Assembly: GCA_014237915.1 (NCBI GenBank)
Contig: JABACC010000007.1
Span: 1,446-65,445, forward strand
DNA: 64,000 bases
Direction: 5' to 3'
From: Candidatus Paceibacter sp.
Lineage (GTDB): Bacteria; Patescibacteriota; Minisyncoccia; Phycocordibacterales; GCA-2747955
Part shown: in pieces, positions 36,595 to 45,515 of the stretch
Numbering within the stretch: position 1 is the first letter of the stretch
Layout of the letters: the number at the start of each line of letters is the position of its first letter
Translations under genes and position numbers: made by a program
Notes under the pieces: model-generated
Seen by the model: the letters and a program-made list of their open reading frames with translations, nothing else
Told to the model about the DNA's origin: nothing
Databases searched by the model: none

Positions 36595-37143
36595 ATGGCA
36601 AAACAAGGAGATGAGGCAGTAAGAAATTGGTATGCAGTGCATACATATTCAGGTTACGAAAAAGCTGTGGTAAAAAATATTAAACAAAGAATTGAATCAC
36701 TCGGAATGGATCATTTAATTTTTGATGTAGTTTTACCAACAGAAAAAGTTATAAAAATTAAAGGAAAAAATAGAGTGGAAGAAGAAAAAACTATCTACCC
36801 CGGATATCTTTTAGTAGACATGAAAGTAACAGATGAATCTTGGCACGTTATTAGAAATACTCCAAGAGTAACAGGTTTTGTTGGTGCTGGAGTTCATCCT
36901 GTTCCTATTTCTGAAACCGAAATGGCGTTTTTAATAGAAAGTATGAGAGAAGACAAAAAAGCAGATTACAAAATAGATTTTGCATCAGGAGATCTTGTAA
37001 AAATTATCGACGGCCCGTTTAAAGGCACAGAAGGAAAAATTATTTCTTTAGATCCTCAAGCTGGGCAAGTAAAAGTTTCAGTTTCAATGTTTGGAAGAGA
37101 CACAGAATTAGAATTAGATTATTTGCAAATTCAAAGAATATAA
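36595..37143 (+). CDS. nusG: Transcription termination/antitermination factor NusG
   Basis: NGN domain (WYAVHTYSGYEKAV…) and C-terminal KOW motif (GDLVKIIDGPFKGTEGKI). Confidence 0.9.
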   Translation: MAKQGDEAVRNWYAVHTYSGYEKAVVKNIKQRIESLGMDHLIFDVVLPTEKVIKIKGKNRVEEEKTIYPGYLLVDMKVTDESWHVIRNTPRVTGFVGAGVHPVPISETEMAFLIESMREDKKADYKIDFASGDLVKIIDGPFKGTEGKIISLDPQAGQVKVSVSMFGRDTELELDYLQIQRI

Positions 37144-37205
37144 AATTTCTAAAAATTTTATATTATTCTTAAAATTGTTATAATAATAAAAAATAAATTA
37201 AAAAT

Positions 37206-37631
37206 ATGGCTAAAGAAATCATAAATACATTAAAATTACAAATTCCAGCAGGAGGAGCATCACCCGCGCCACCAGTGGGGCCAGCTTTAGGGCAAGCCGG
37301 AATAAATATTGGGGAATTTACAACTCAATTTAACGAAACGACAAAAGAAAAAGCAGGAGACATTATTCCAGTTGTTATTTCTGTTTTTGACGACAGAACT
37401 TTTGAAATAAAATATAAAACTCCGCCAGCATCTTCACTTATTTTAAAAGCTATTAATCAAAAAAAAGGTTCTGGAAAAAATTTGGTTAAAAAAGTTGGAA
37501 AAATAACAAAATCTCAGATTAAAGAAATCGCCGAAAAGAAAATGGAAGATCTTTCTGCTACAGATTTAGACGCTGCTTGTAAAATTATCGAAGGAACTTG
37601 TAGATCAATGGGAGTTGAAGTTGAAGCTTAA
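37206..37631 (+). CDS. rplK: 50S ribosomal protein L11
   Basis: LQIPAGGASPAPPVGPALGQAGINIGEF signature. 141 aa. Confidence 0.95.
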   Translation: MAKEIINTLKLQIPAGGASPAPPVGPALGQAGINIGEFTTQFNETTKEKAGDIIPVVISVFDDRTFEIKYKTPPASSLILKAINQKKGSGKNLVKKVGKITKSQIKEIAEKKMEDLSATDLDAACKIIEGTCRSMGVEVEA

Positions 37632-37680
37632 AATTTTTACATAAAAAGTAAAATAAAAAATGCCAATTTTTTGGCGTTTT

Positions 37681-39012
37681 TTATTTTAATTCAACCCAAG
37701 ATTTTCCCATATTTTTTTCAACTTTTAGAGAAATAGGAATTTTGGAAATTTTTCTATTTTCTTTTAAATATTTTTTAACTTCTTTTTCTTCAAAAACATT
37801 TTCCATTATGTTTTCAATTTCTTCAATATTTTTTTTTGAAACAGAATCTTTGATTTCAAAAATTAGCTCATCGTGAACTTGAACTAAAATTTTTATATCA
37901 TTTAGTAAATTTTCTTTTTCTAAAAACTCGTAAACAGAACCCATTGCTATTTTTACAACGTCAGCCGCACTTCCTTGAACAGGAGCATTAATAGCGGTTC
38001 TTTCAGCCATAGCTTTTAGAAAAGGAATTTTAGAATTTATTTCTGGAAAAAACCTAACTCTTCCAAAAAAAGTTTCAGAATAACCTTTTTCTGTAACTTT
38101 TTTTTTAGTTTCTTCTAAAAAATTTGCAAGTCCTGAAAATTTTTCAAAATAATTATCTAAATATTTTCGAGCTTCGTCTAAAGAAATTTCTCCACCTAAA
38201 TTTTTTCTTAAAGCAGACGGCCCCATTCCATACAAAATTCCAAAATTTATAACCTTAGCTTTTCTTCTTGTTTCTTGGTTTTCTTCTCCGAAAACTTCTT
38301 TTGCAACCTCAGAATGAAAATCAGCCCCAGAAGAAAAAGCTTTTATCATTTTTTTATCTTTTGATAAAATTGCCGCAAGGCGTAGTTCGATTTGAGAATA
38401 GTCAAAAGAATAAAGAGAAAAATTTTTTTCAGTTACAAAAAATTCTCTAATTTTTTTCCCATAATTTCCTCCAACGGGAATATTTTGAAGATTAGGGTCT
38501 CTTGAAGACATTCTTCCTGTGGATGTTCCATTTTGTAAAAATCTTGCAAAAATTCTTTCTGTTTTTTTATCAATCATTTTTTTTAAATTGTCGGTGTAAG
38601 TAGTGGTTAGTTTTGTTAGTTCCCGGTATTCTAAAATTAGTGGAATAATTTTATGTTCGTTTTTTATTTTTTCCAGCTCTGGTTCTGCTGTGGAAATTAC
38701 CCCTTTTGGTGTTTTTTTTAAGCCTTTTGTTGGAATTAATAATTTCTCAAAAAGAATTTTTGAAAGTTGCTGAGTTGATTTTATGTTAAAAACCTCATCT
38801 GAAATTTCAAAAATCTTACTTTCAAGTGAAGAAATTTTTTTAGCAAAATCACGAGAAATTTTTTCTAAAAGTTTTTTGTCAATTTTGAAACCATTCTTTT
38901 CCATTTCTGAAGTTGCTTTTAAACATCTTTTTTCAACATAATTTAAAACAAAATCTAATTTGAATTTTTTAATTTCTTTTTTTATATTTTTTTCAATTTT
39001 TTTGAAATCCAT
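37681..39012 (-). CDS. polA: DNA polymerase I, polymerase (family A) domain only. No 5'-3' or 3'-5' exonuclease domains in this ORF.
   Basis: Motif A (…SFDYSQIELR), motif B (RRKAKVINFGILYGMGPSAL) and motif C (VQVHDELIFE). The ORF begins at the thumb/palm boundary (EMEKNGFKIDKKLL). The upstream DNA on that strand carries a divergent + strand gene. Confidence 0.85.
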   Translation of the reverse strand: MDFKKIEKNIKKEIKKFKLDFVLNYVEKRCLKATSEMEKNGFKIDKKLLEKISRDFAKKISSLESKIFEISDEVFNIKSTQQLSKILFEKLLIPTKGLKKTPKGVISTAEPELEKIKNEHKIIPLILEYRELTKLTTTYTDNLKKMIDKKTERIFARFLQNGTSTGRMSSRDPNLQNIPVGGNYGKKIREFFVTEKNFSLYSFDYSQIELRLAAILSKDKKMIKAFSSGADFHSEVAKEVFGEENQETRRKAKVINFGILYGMGPSALRKNLGGEISLDEARKYLDNYFEKFSGLANFLEETKKKVTEKGYSETFFGRVRFFPEINSKIPFLKAMAERTAINAPVQGSAADVVKIAMGSVYEFLEKENLLNDIKILVQVHDELIFEIKDSVSKKNIEEIENIMENVFEEKEVKKYLKENRKISKIPISLKVEKNMGKSWVELK

Positions 39013-39131
39013 TTTATTAATTTGATTATAACAAAAAATATTTTAAATTTTATTTAACTTTTTTATTTAAAAATTTTTATTATTGATTTTGTTTAAGTTT
39101 AAAGCTATAATTGAAGAATATTTAATTTAAA

Positions 39132-39797
39132 ATGACTGTTATTAAACACAAAGATCAGCGAGTGGCTGTTTTAATAGATACGCAAAATATTTACCACTCA
39201 GCAAAAAATTTATATAAAAAAAACGTTAATTTTCCAAAAATTGTCGATGACATGGTTGGAGACAGACTTTTAGTTAGGTCTATTGCTTATGCAATTACAA
39301 CAGAATCAGGAGAGGAAAAAACTTTTTTAGAAGCTTTAGAAAAAGGAGGAATTGAAACTAAATTAAAAGATTTACAGATTTTTTTAGGTGGAGCAAAAAA
39401 AGGTGATTGGGATGTTGGCCTTGCGGTTGATGCTATAAAACTTGCTCCAAAAGTGGACGCCCTTATTTTAATAGCTGGAGACGGGGACTTTGTTCCAATG
39501 GTTGAATACATAAAAGCTAAAGATTTTTGCCAAATTGAAGTTGTTTCTTTTTTAAAATCTTCATCTGCAAAATTAGTTGAAATTTCAGATGATTTTACAG
39601 ATTTATCGGAAAATCCGAGAAAATATTTAATGGGGAAATTTTCAAAAAGAGTTAGGATTGAAAAAAAAACTCCAGAAAAAATCTCTAAAACAAAAATCAG
39701 TAAAACTTCTAAAAAAATAGCTCCTACAAAGAAAAAAGGAAGCTCAGATGTTTTAGACAGACTCAATGAAGAGATTAAAAAAATAGAAAATGGATAA
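39132..39797 (+). CDS. NYN-domain (LabA-like, PIN-fold) protein
   Basis: VAVLIDTQNIYH… DVGLAVDAI… LILIAGDGDF motifs typical of NYN/LabA nucleases. K-rich C-terminal tail. Confidence 0.65.
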   Translation: MTVIKHKDQRVAVLIDTQNIYHSAKNLYKKNVNFPKIVDDMVGDRLLVRSIAYAITTESGEEKTFLEALEKGGIETKLKDLQIFLGGAKKGDWDVGLAVDAIKLAPKVDALILIAGDGDFVPMVEYIKAKDFCQIEVVSFLKSSSAKLVEISDDFTDLSENPRKYLMGKFSKRVRIEKKTPEKISKTKISKTSKKIAPTKKKGSSDVLDRLNEEIKKIENG

Positions 39798-40701
39798 TGA
39801 AAATGATTTAAATAAAAATAATAATTCTCAAAAAGTATCTCAAAAAAAAACACCTTCCAAAAAAAGAAGCGCAATTAAAACTTATAGGGATTATGCCGCA
39901 GAGTCTTTAAAAGGAGACACAAAATCTTTAGCTGAGCTAATCATTCAAGAAAAAAGAAAAAAAGAAGAAAAACAAAGGAATTCTCCAAAAAGAGGAAAAA
40001 ATGTTTTACTTATTTTCCTCTCTTCGGTTTTTGTTATTATTGGAGTTGTTACAATTTTTATAATTATTTATTTTGTTCAAATAAAAAACCAGCAAGACGA
40101 AATAGACAGTGCTCCTGTGCAAGCAGAGCTTTTAATTGATGTAGAATTTAGATCAGAAATAGACCTTGAAAATATAAATGTTAGGGAGCTAACCTCTATT
40201 TTTAGAAGTGAAATCGAAGGAGCCACTGTGCCAGTTAGTGAAATAAAATTACTTTATTTTACAAATAAAAATCAATTTGGAAGAAAAGTTTTATCAACAG
40301 CTGGAGATTTTTTAGAAAAAATAACTTCAAGGCAAATTGGTCCACTCATAAGATCTTTAGGGCCACATTTTAATACTGGAATTTATTCTGGAATTGATAA
40401 CTATCCTTTTCTAATTTTTGAAGTAGATGTTTATAGCACATTTTTTCCAGAAATTTTAAATCTTGAAGAGCATCTTCTCTCAACCTTAGGTGTTGCAATG
40501 GGGGTTCCGTTTGACCACAGCGGAAAAGGTTTCTCTGACTTGGTACTTTTTAATCAAGACACAAGAGTTGTTTTAAACGAAGAAGCTAAAATTGTTTTTG
40601 GATATAGTTTTATAGGTAAAGACAAAGTAGTTTTTTTCACTGACGAGCAAGCCCTTAGAGAAGTTTTAAATAGATTAGAAGATTTCCACATTAGACATTA
40701 A
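39790..40701 (+). CDS. Hypothetical membrane-anchored protein (basic N-terminus, single TM, extracytoplasmic domain)
   Basis: 303 aa. No motif recognised. Confidence 0.3.
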   Translation: MDNENDLNKNNNSQKVSQKKTPSKKRSAIKTYRDYAAESLKGDTKSLAELIIQEKRKKEEKQRNSPKRGKNVLLIFLSSVFVIIGVVTIFIIIYFVQIKNQQDEIDSAPVQAELLIDVEFRSEIDLENINVRELTSIFRSEIEGATVPVSEIKLLYFTNKNQFGRKVLSTAGDFLEKITSRQIGPLIRSLGPHFNTGIYSGIDNYPFLIFEVDVYSTFFPEILNLEEHLLSTLGVAMGVPFDHSGKGFSDLVLFNQDTRVVLNEEAKIVFGYSFIGKDKVVFFTDEQALREVLNRLEDFHIRH

Positions 40702-40785
40702 AAGTAAATAAAAAATCAAAAATCATTTTTTTATTTTTTTCTAAAATTTCTTATATTAATTTTTTTATGTTAAAATTTTCTCACT

Positions 40786-41364
40786 ATGAATAAAAATAGT
40801 ATTTATGAAGTTGGGTTTTTATTAAACCCAGAAATGTCACAACAGGAGGCTGATGAAAAAGTTTTAGAAATTGAAAAATTTTTAACTGAATCTGGCGCTT
40901 CTGTTATATCCAAAGGTGAGAACGTTTTTATAGATCTCGCTTACCAAATTATTACTAAAATAGGGCCAAAAAACGAAAGATTTGATAAGGCTTATTTTTC
41001 TTGGATTAAATTTAACTTATCTCCTGAAAAAATTTCAGATTTTAAGAAAAAGGTCGAAGAAAATAAAGATTTTGTTTTTAGATTTTTAATCACCAAAACA
41101 AAAGAAGACGATTCTTTAACTGATTTTTCAGTTTTAGACATCGAAGAAGAGGAAGCTGAAAAAAAAGAAGACAAGAAATTAACAGAAAATATTGATAAAA
41201 ATATAAAAGAAGTTGAAAAAGAAGATTCAGAAAAGAAGGTAGAAGAAAATTCTGAAAATGAAGAAAAAACCGATGACAATCAAGAACCAAAAGAAGTAGA
41301 AGAAAATTCTGAAAATGAAGAAAAAACAGAAGAAAAGAAAGGAAAAATGTTTGGTCTTTTTTAA
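40786..41364 (+). CDS. rpsF: 30S ribosomal protein S6 with long acidic C-terminal extension
   Basis: YEVGFLLNPEMSQQEADEKV… S6 fold at the N-terminus. E/K-rich tail with an internal direct repeat (VEENSENEEKT twice). rpsF-ssb-rpsR synteny. Confidence 0.8.
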   Translation: MNKNSIYEVGFLLNPEMSQQEADEKVLEIEKFLTESGASVISKGENVFIDLAYQIITKIGPKNERFDKAYFSWIKFNLSPEKISDFKKKVEENKDFVFRFLITKTKEDDSLTDFSVLDIEEEEAEKKEDKKLTENIDKNIKEVEKEDSEKKVEENSENEEKTDDNQEPKEVEENSENEEKTEEKKGKMFGLF

Positions 41365-41387
41365 AATCTTTTTAAGATAATAAATTT

Positions 41388-41849
41388 ATGAATGTAAATA
41401 AAGCAACAATAGTCGGAAGAATCACAAATGATTTAGAACTTAAGACAACACCAACAGGGCGATCCGTTCTTTCTTTTGGAGTTGCCACAAATTTTGTTTA
41501 CAAAGATCAAAACGGAGAAAAACAAGAAAAAACTTCTTTTCATAATATAGTTGCTTGGGGAAAACAAGGAGAAGTAATCGCACAATATTGTGTAAAAGGA
41601 CAAGAAATTTTTGTTGAAGGAAGATTAGAAACAAGATCTTGGGACGATCAAGAAAGTGGTAAAAAAATGTATAGAACTGAAATTATTTTAGAAAATTTTC
41701 AATTCGGTCAAAAGCCAAATGGATCTGGGAATTTTTCTCAAGATTCACAAAACAATCAAAGTGCTAAAAACGAAGAAAGTAAAGCTCCTGAAAAAAATAA
41801 TGTAGATTATCCAGAAGAGGAAATTAACCCAGAAGATATTCCTTTTTAA
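41388..41849 (+). CDS. ssb: Single-stranded DNA-binding protein
   Basis: OB-fold (ATIVGRITNDLELKTTPTGRSV…NIVAWGKQGE…) and C-terminal acidic tip ending DIPF. Confidence 0.9.
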   Translation: MNVNKATIVGRITNDLELKTTPTGRSVLSFGVATNFVYKDQNGEKQEKTSFHNIVAWGKQGEVIAQYCVKGQEIFVEGRLETRSWDDQESGKKMYRTEIILENFQFGQKPNGSGNFSQDSQNNQSAKNEESKAPEKNNVDYPEEEINPEDIPF

Positions 41850-41859
41850 AATTAGAATT

Positions 41860-42063
41860 ATGCAAATAAAAAAAGATAAGAAAAAAATTAGTTTAAAATT
41901 TGTTGATTATAAAGATATTAAAACTTTAAAAAAATACACAAATCAACACGGAAGAATTTTAGCTAGAAAATATACAGGGCTTGATAGAAAATCTCAAAAA
42001 AACTTTAGCCAAGCGGTTAAAAGAGCAAGATTTTTATCTTTAATTCCTTACGTTTCAGAATAA
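41860..42063 (+). CDS. rpsR: 30S ribosomal protein S18
   Basis: 67 aa. …KYTNQHGRILARKYTGLDRKSQKNFSQAVKRARFLSLIPY. Confidence 0.85.
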   Translation: MQIKKDKKKISLKFVDYKDIKTLKKYTNQHGRILARKYTGLDRKSQKNFSQAVKRARFLSLIPYVSE

Positions 42064-42120
42064 AATTAATTTTTTAAAAATAAAAACTCAATATAAAATA
42101 TTGAGTTTTTATTTTTTAAT

Positions 42121-42161
42121 TTTTTTTGATGGATTTTGCCTTCGGCAAAATCCATCAAAAA
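42121..42161. terminator. Palindromic hairpin (family member 6, UUCG-type loop)
   Basis: tttttttgatggattttgcc-ttcg-gcaaaatccatcaaaaaa, downstream of rpsR (+) and tRNA-Pro (-). Confidence 0.45.
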
Positions 42162-42186
42162 ACAAATAACTAAACTTTCAAATTTG

Positions 42187-42260
42187 TCGGAGCGCCGAGA
42201 TTCGAACTCGGTCTACATGATCCCAAATCATGCGTGCTAGCCGTTAACACTACGCTCCGA
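42187..42260 (-). tRNA. tRNA-Pro (anticodon UGG)
   Basis: Reverse complement TCGGAGCGTAGTGTTAACGGCTAGCACGCATGATTTGGGATCATGTAGACCGAGTTCGAATCTCGGCGCTCCGA. 7-bp acceptor stem, anticodon stem CATGA/TCATG with loop TTTGGGA, T-arm GAGTTCGAATCTC. CCA not encoded. Confidence 0.75.
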
Positions 42261-42286
42261 ATTTAAAAATAATAGCAAAAAAGATT

Positions 42287-42769
42287 CTAAAAACCAATAA
42301 TTTTTTGCATAAAAATTTCAACTTTTGGAATTTCCAGATCTTCATCTTTGCTTATTTCTTTTTCAGCGAGAAGCTCCTCAATTTTTTCAAGAGGAGAATT
42401 TTCATCAATAGGAATTTTTTTTAAAAAATCAGTTTTTGATTTTGTTTTTAAGAGAAGTTTTTGGTTTTGTTTATCAAAGTTAAAAGTTTCTAAATCTTCT
42501 ATTTTGATTTTTCCTTCTCCGTTTTCGATAATTTTTTTCTCTGTTATTTCAAAAAAATAATTTTGAGGCTTTTTTGTTGATCCTATGGAAATTGCAATCG
42601 TTATGAAAAATATTAAAAAAGCGAAGCTTGCGTCATCAAACACAAAATAAATAAATAAAATTAAGAAAATAGAAATTGTCCACAAAAACCAATACCACTC
42701 GGTGCTTTTTTTTTGAAATTTATATTCAGGAGCAACCCAGTTAACTAAAGCTTCTTTTTTTTCTGACAT
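42287..42769 (-). CDS. Hypothetical membrane protein
   Basis: 160 aa. Two TM helices near the N-terminus and a charged C-terminal domain. Confidence 0.3.
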   Translation of the reverse strand: MSEKKEALVNWVAPEYKFQKKSTEWYWFLWTISIFLILFIYFVFDDASFAFLIFFITIAISIGSTKKPQNYFFEITEKKIIENGEGKIKIEDLETFNFDKQNQKLLLKTKSKTDFLKKIPIDENSPLEKIEELLAEKEISKDEDLEIPKVEIFMQKIIGF

Positions 42770-42839
42770 ATTATAAATAAGTATACAGAAAAAATTTGAA
42801 AAAAAAACCTCTTTGTTTTAAAATTTAATTTATATTTTT

Positions 42840-44231
42840 ATGATTGAGGTTAATTCACTAAAAAAAGAATATGGTGAAAATTTTTTATTTAAGGAGCTAT
42901 CCTTTAATTTGCTTAAAAATGAAAACCTAGCTCTTGTTGGGAAAAACGGATCAGGTAAATCGACTTTATTTAAAATTTTAAATAGTGAAGATGAGGATTT
43001 TTCTGGAAATTTTAATATTTTGAGTAAAAATATTTTTTACGTAAATCAAGATATTAATATTTTTTTAAAAAAACAAAATATTGAGAATATTCTATTTTCA
43101 GACTTTTTAGAAAGAAATAGAAAAGTTTTTAAATTTTTTGATTTTAGTAATTTTAATCATAATTTAATTATTAAAAATTTAAGTTTAGGGCAAAAAACAA
43201 AACTTGCTCTAGCATACATATATTCAAAAGACCCAGATATTGTTTTTTTAGATGAGCCAACAAATAATTTAGATTTTTCAGCAATAGAAAATTTAAAAAA
43301 AAACATTAAAAAAAACACTAAATATATTAACTGGAGAGATGAAAAGAAAAAAGAATATTATAAAAAGATGAATATTTATAAAAATGAAATTGAAAAATCT
43401 AAAAAAATAAAAGAACAGGCAAGAAAGTTTCATCAAAACAGCATCAAAGGTGTTAAAAAAAAACTCATGGATGAAAAAGACCACCTTATAAGATCCTACA
43501 AAAAACAAGGTTTTGTAAATATAAAATCTAGATCAGGGTTATTGAAAAAAAAAACTTTAGAAATTAAGGAAAATGCTGAGAAACCAGAAAAAGAATTTGA
43601 GACAAAATTTTTTACTGAAAATGTTTCTTTTTTTGAAAATAAACCAACATTGAAAATCAAAAATGGAAATATCGGATATGAAAGAATACTGGTAGAAAAT
43701 ATTTTTATAGAAATTTTTTTTGGAGATAAGATAGCTATTGTTGGAAACAACGGAGAGGGGAAATCTACGCTTTTAAAAACAATAACAAGAGAAATCCCTA
43801 TTTTTTCAGGAGAAATAGAAGTTGGGAAGAACATAGTTTTTGGAAATTTGATCCAAGATAGATCTTTGGTAGGGGATGAAAATTTATATAATTTTTTTAA
43901 GTTAGAAACAGGAGAGAGTGATGGTATTATTTTTCATTACCTTAAAAAAGCTGGAATCTCAGAAGAAAAAATAAAAAAAGATATAAAATATTTATCCCAT
44001 GGGGAAAGAACAAGAGCTCTCCTTAGTTTTTTTTCCCTAAAGAAAGTAAACACTTTAATTTTAGACGAACCAACAAATCATTTGGATATTGACGGAATAT
44101 TCTCTCTTGAAGAATTTGTTAAAGATTTTAAAGGAAGTGTTATTTTAGTTTCCCATAATAAATATTTTTTAGAAAATTGTCAGATAGATAGGATTTATGA
44201 AGTAAAAGATAAGAAATTAAAACTAATTTAA
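42840..44231 (+). CDS. ABC-F family ATPase (tandem ABC domains, no TMD; translation-associated)
   Basis: Two sets of Walker A (LVGKNGSGKST / IVGNNGEGKST), signature (LSLGQKTK / LSHGERTR) and Walker B (VFLDEPTNNLD / LILDEPTNHLD), with a K/E-rich inter-domain linker. Confidence 0.75.
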   Translation: MIEVNSLKKEYGENFLFKELSFNLLKNENLALVGKNGSGKSTLFKILNSEDEDFSGNFNILSKNIFYVNQDINIFLKKQNIENILFSDFLERNRKVFKFFDFSNFNHNLIIKNLSLGQKTKLALAYIYSKDPDIVFLDEPTNNLDFSAIENLKKNIKKNTKYINWRDEKKKEYYKKMNIYKNEIEKSKKIKEQARKFHQNSIKGVKKKLMDEKDHLIRSYKKQGFVNIKSRSGLLKKKTLEIKENAEKPEKEFETKFFTENVSFFENKPTLKIKNGNIGYERILVENIFIEIFFGDKIAIVGNNGEGKSTLLKTITREIPIFSGEIEVGKNIVFGNLIQDRSLVGDENLYNFFKLETGESDGIIFHYLKKAGISEEKIKKDIKYLSHGERTRALLSFFSLKKVNTLILDEPTNHLDIDGIFSLEEFVKDFKGSVILVSHNKYFLENCQIDRIYEVKDKKLKLI

Positions 44232-44319
44232 TTTTTATAAAAAAATTTGAAAAAAAAACCTTTTTAGTTTAAAATTTTAGGACTTTTTAAATTTTATCTA
44301 AATTTAATTTAAAAAACTC

Positions 44320-44405
44320 GGAGGTGTGGCAGAGTGGTCGAATGCACCGGTCTTGAAAACCGGAGTGCGGCAACGTACCGGGGGTTCGAATCCCTCCACC
44401 TCCGC
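44320..44405 (+). tRNA. tRNA-Ser (anticodon UGA), long variable arm
   Basis: GGAGGTGTGGCAGAGTGGTCGAATGCACCGGTCTTGAAAACCGGAGTGCGGCAACGTACCGGGGGTTCGAATCCCTCCACCTCCG. Anticodon loop CTTGAAA, class II variable arm, T-loop GGTTCGAATCC. Followed by a hairpin terminator. Confidence 0.8.
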
Positions 44406-44460
44406 AACAAAATTTAAAATCTTGTTTTGAAAACTTGGAAAAACAAGTTTTTTTATTTTT

Positions 44461-44576
44461 GTAGGAAGTGTGAAGATTCGAAAAGTCGGGGCAGCGAGTA
44501 CTTAAATTTTTGAGCCACGAAGTGGTGATAAAAATTTTAGTATTGGCGCCGAATCCCTCCACCTCCGCAACAAAAT
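44461..44576 (+). pseudogene. Degenerate tandem copy of tRNA-Ser (5' half decayed, 3' end + terminator intact)
   Basis: 44550-44622 repeats 44386-44459 (T-arm 3' half + acceptor 3' strand + terminator) with 1 mismatch. The preceding roughly 90 nt (GTAGGAAGTGTGAAGATTCGAAAAG…) is a recognisable but mutated version of the tRNA 5' half and cannot form an acceptor stem. Confidence 0.4.
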
Positions 44577-44795
44577 TTAAAATCTTGTTTTAAAAACTTG
44601 GAAAAACAAGTTTTTTTATTTTTTAAAATTTAAATACAACTTCTGGACAACCCTAAGTTTCGTAACTTATTTTTTAAGAGGTTTTTTCCAGAATTAAAAA
44701 TTTGCTAAATAGAAAGCCAATCTTGTCTGTGGATAAGTCAAGAGTGTCAAATAAACTTTACTATTTTATTTAAAAAAATATGATATAATCTTTCT

Positions 44796-45422
44796 ATGCA
44801 CTTAACACAAAAAAAAATAATAGAGGTTATTTCAGAACAAACAGGTGCAGGAAAATTAAGTTTAAGAAAAATGGCAGATTTAATTGAAGTATCTGGAAAA
44901 CCACAAATAGTTAAACATCATTTAACCCAACTTGTTAAAAAAGGTTTTTTGAGGTTTACAGAAGCTGGGTACCAGCTCGTTAAAAACGAAAGTGGAAAAA
45001 GCACTTCTTCTTTAATAGCTATTCCGATAGTGGGAGCTACTAACTATGGCTCTCCCACGATCTTTGCAAAAGAAAATATAGAAAAATACTTAAGAGTCTC
45101 ATCCAAACTTCTTCCAAAAAAGAAAAAATTATTTGGATTAGTGGCAAATGGAGTCTCTATGAACAAAAGCCTTGTTAATGGAAAAAATATAGAAAATGGA
45201 GATTTTGTTATTGTAGACTCAGAAGCTAAAAATTTTAAAAATGAAGATATAGTGGTGGCAATTATAGACGGCATGGCAACTGCTAAAAAAATTATTAAAG
45301 AAAAAGCGAAAAAAAGAATTGTTTTACTTTCAGAATCAACGGATGATTTTTTACCTATTTATTTAGATGAATCTGATGATTTTATTATTAATGGAAAAGT
45401 TGTCGATGTTATTAAAAGATAA
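44796..45422 (+). CDS. lexA: LexA-like repressor (S24 peptidase family)
   Basis: N-terminal winged HTH. Ala-Gly-like cleavage region (VGATNYG). Catalytic Ser in GVSM and Lys in ATAKKI. 208 aa. Confidence 0.7.
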   Translation: MHLTQKKIIEVISEQTGAGKLSLRKMADLIEVSGKPQIVKHHLTQLVKKGFLRFTEAGYQLVKNESGKSTSSLIAIPIVGATNYGSPTIFAKENIEKYLRVSSKLLPKKKKLFGLVANGVSMNKSLVNGKNIENGDFVIVDSEAKNFKNEDIVVAIIDGMATAKKIIKEKAKKRIVLLSESTDDFLPIYLDESDDFIINGKVVDVIKR

Positions 45423-45515
45423 TTTATATCTATTTTTTGTTAAAAATGTTATAATATAAAAAATAAATAAAAAAATGAGCGGAGTGAACCTGTGGTGTGA
45501 TTAATTTAAGCACCG

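Noticed and set aside
44287-44562. 91-aa minus-strand ORF
   Set aside because: Lies entirely antisense to tRNA-Ser and its degenerate duplicate (GC-rich, stop-free by chance). Not coding.
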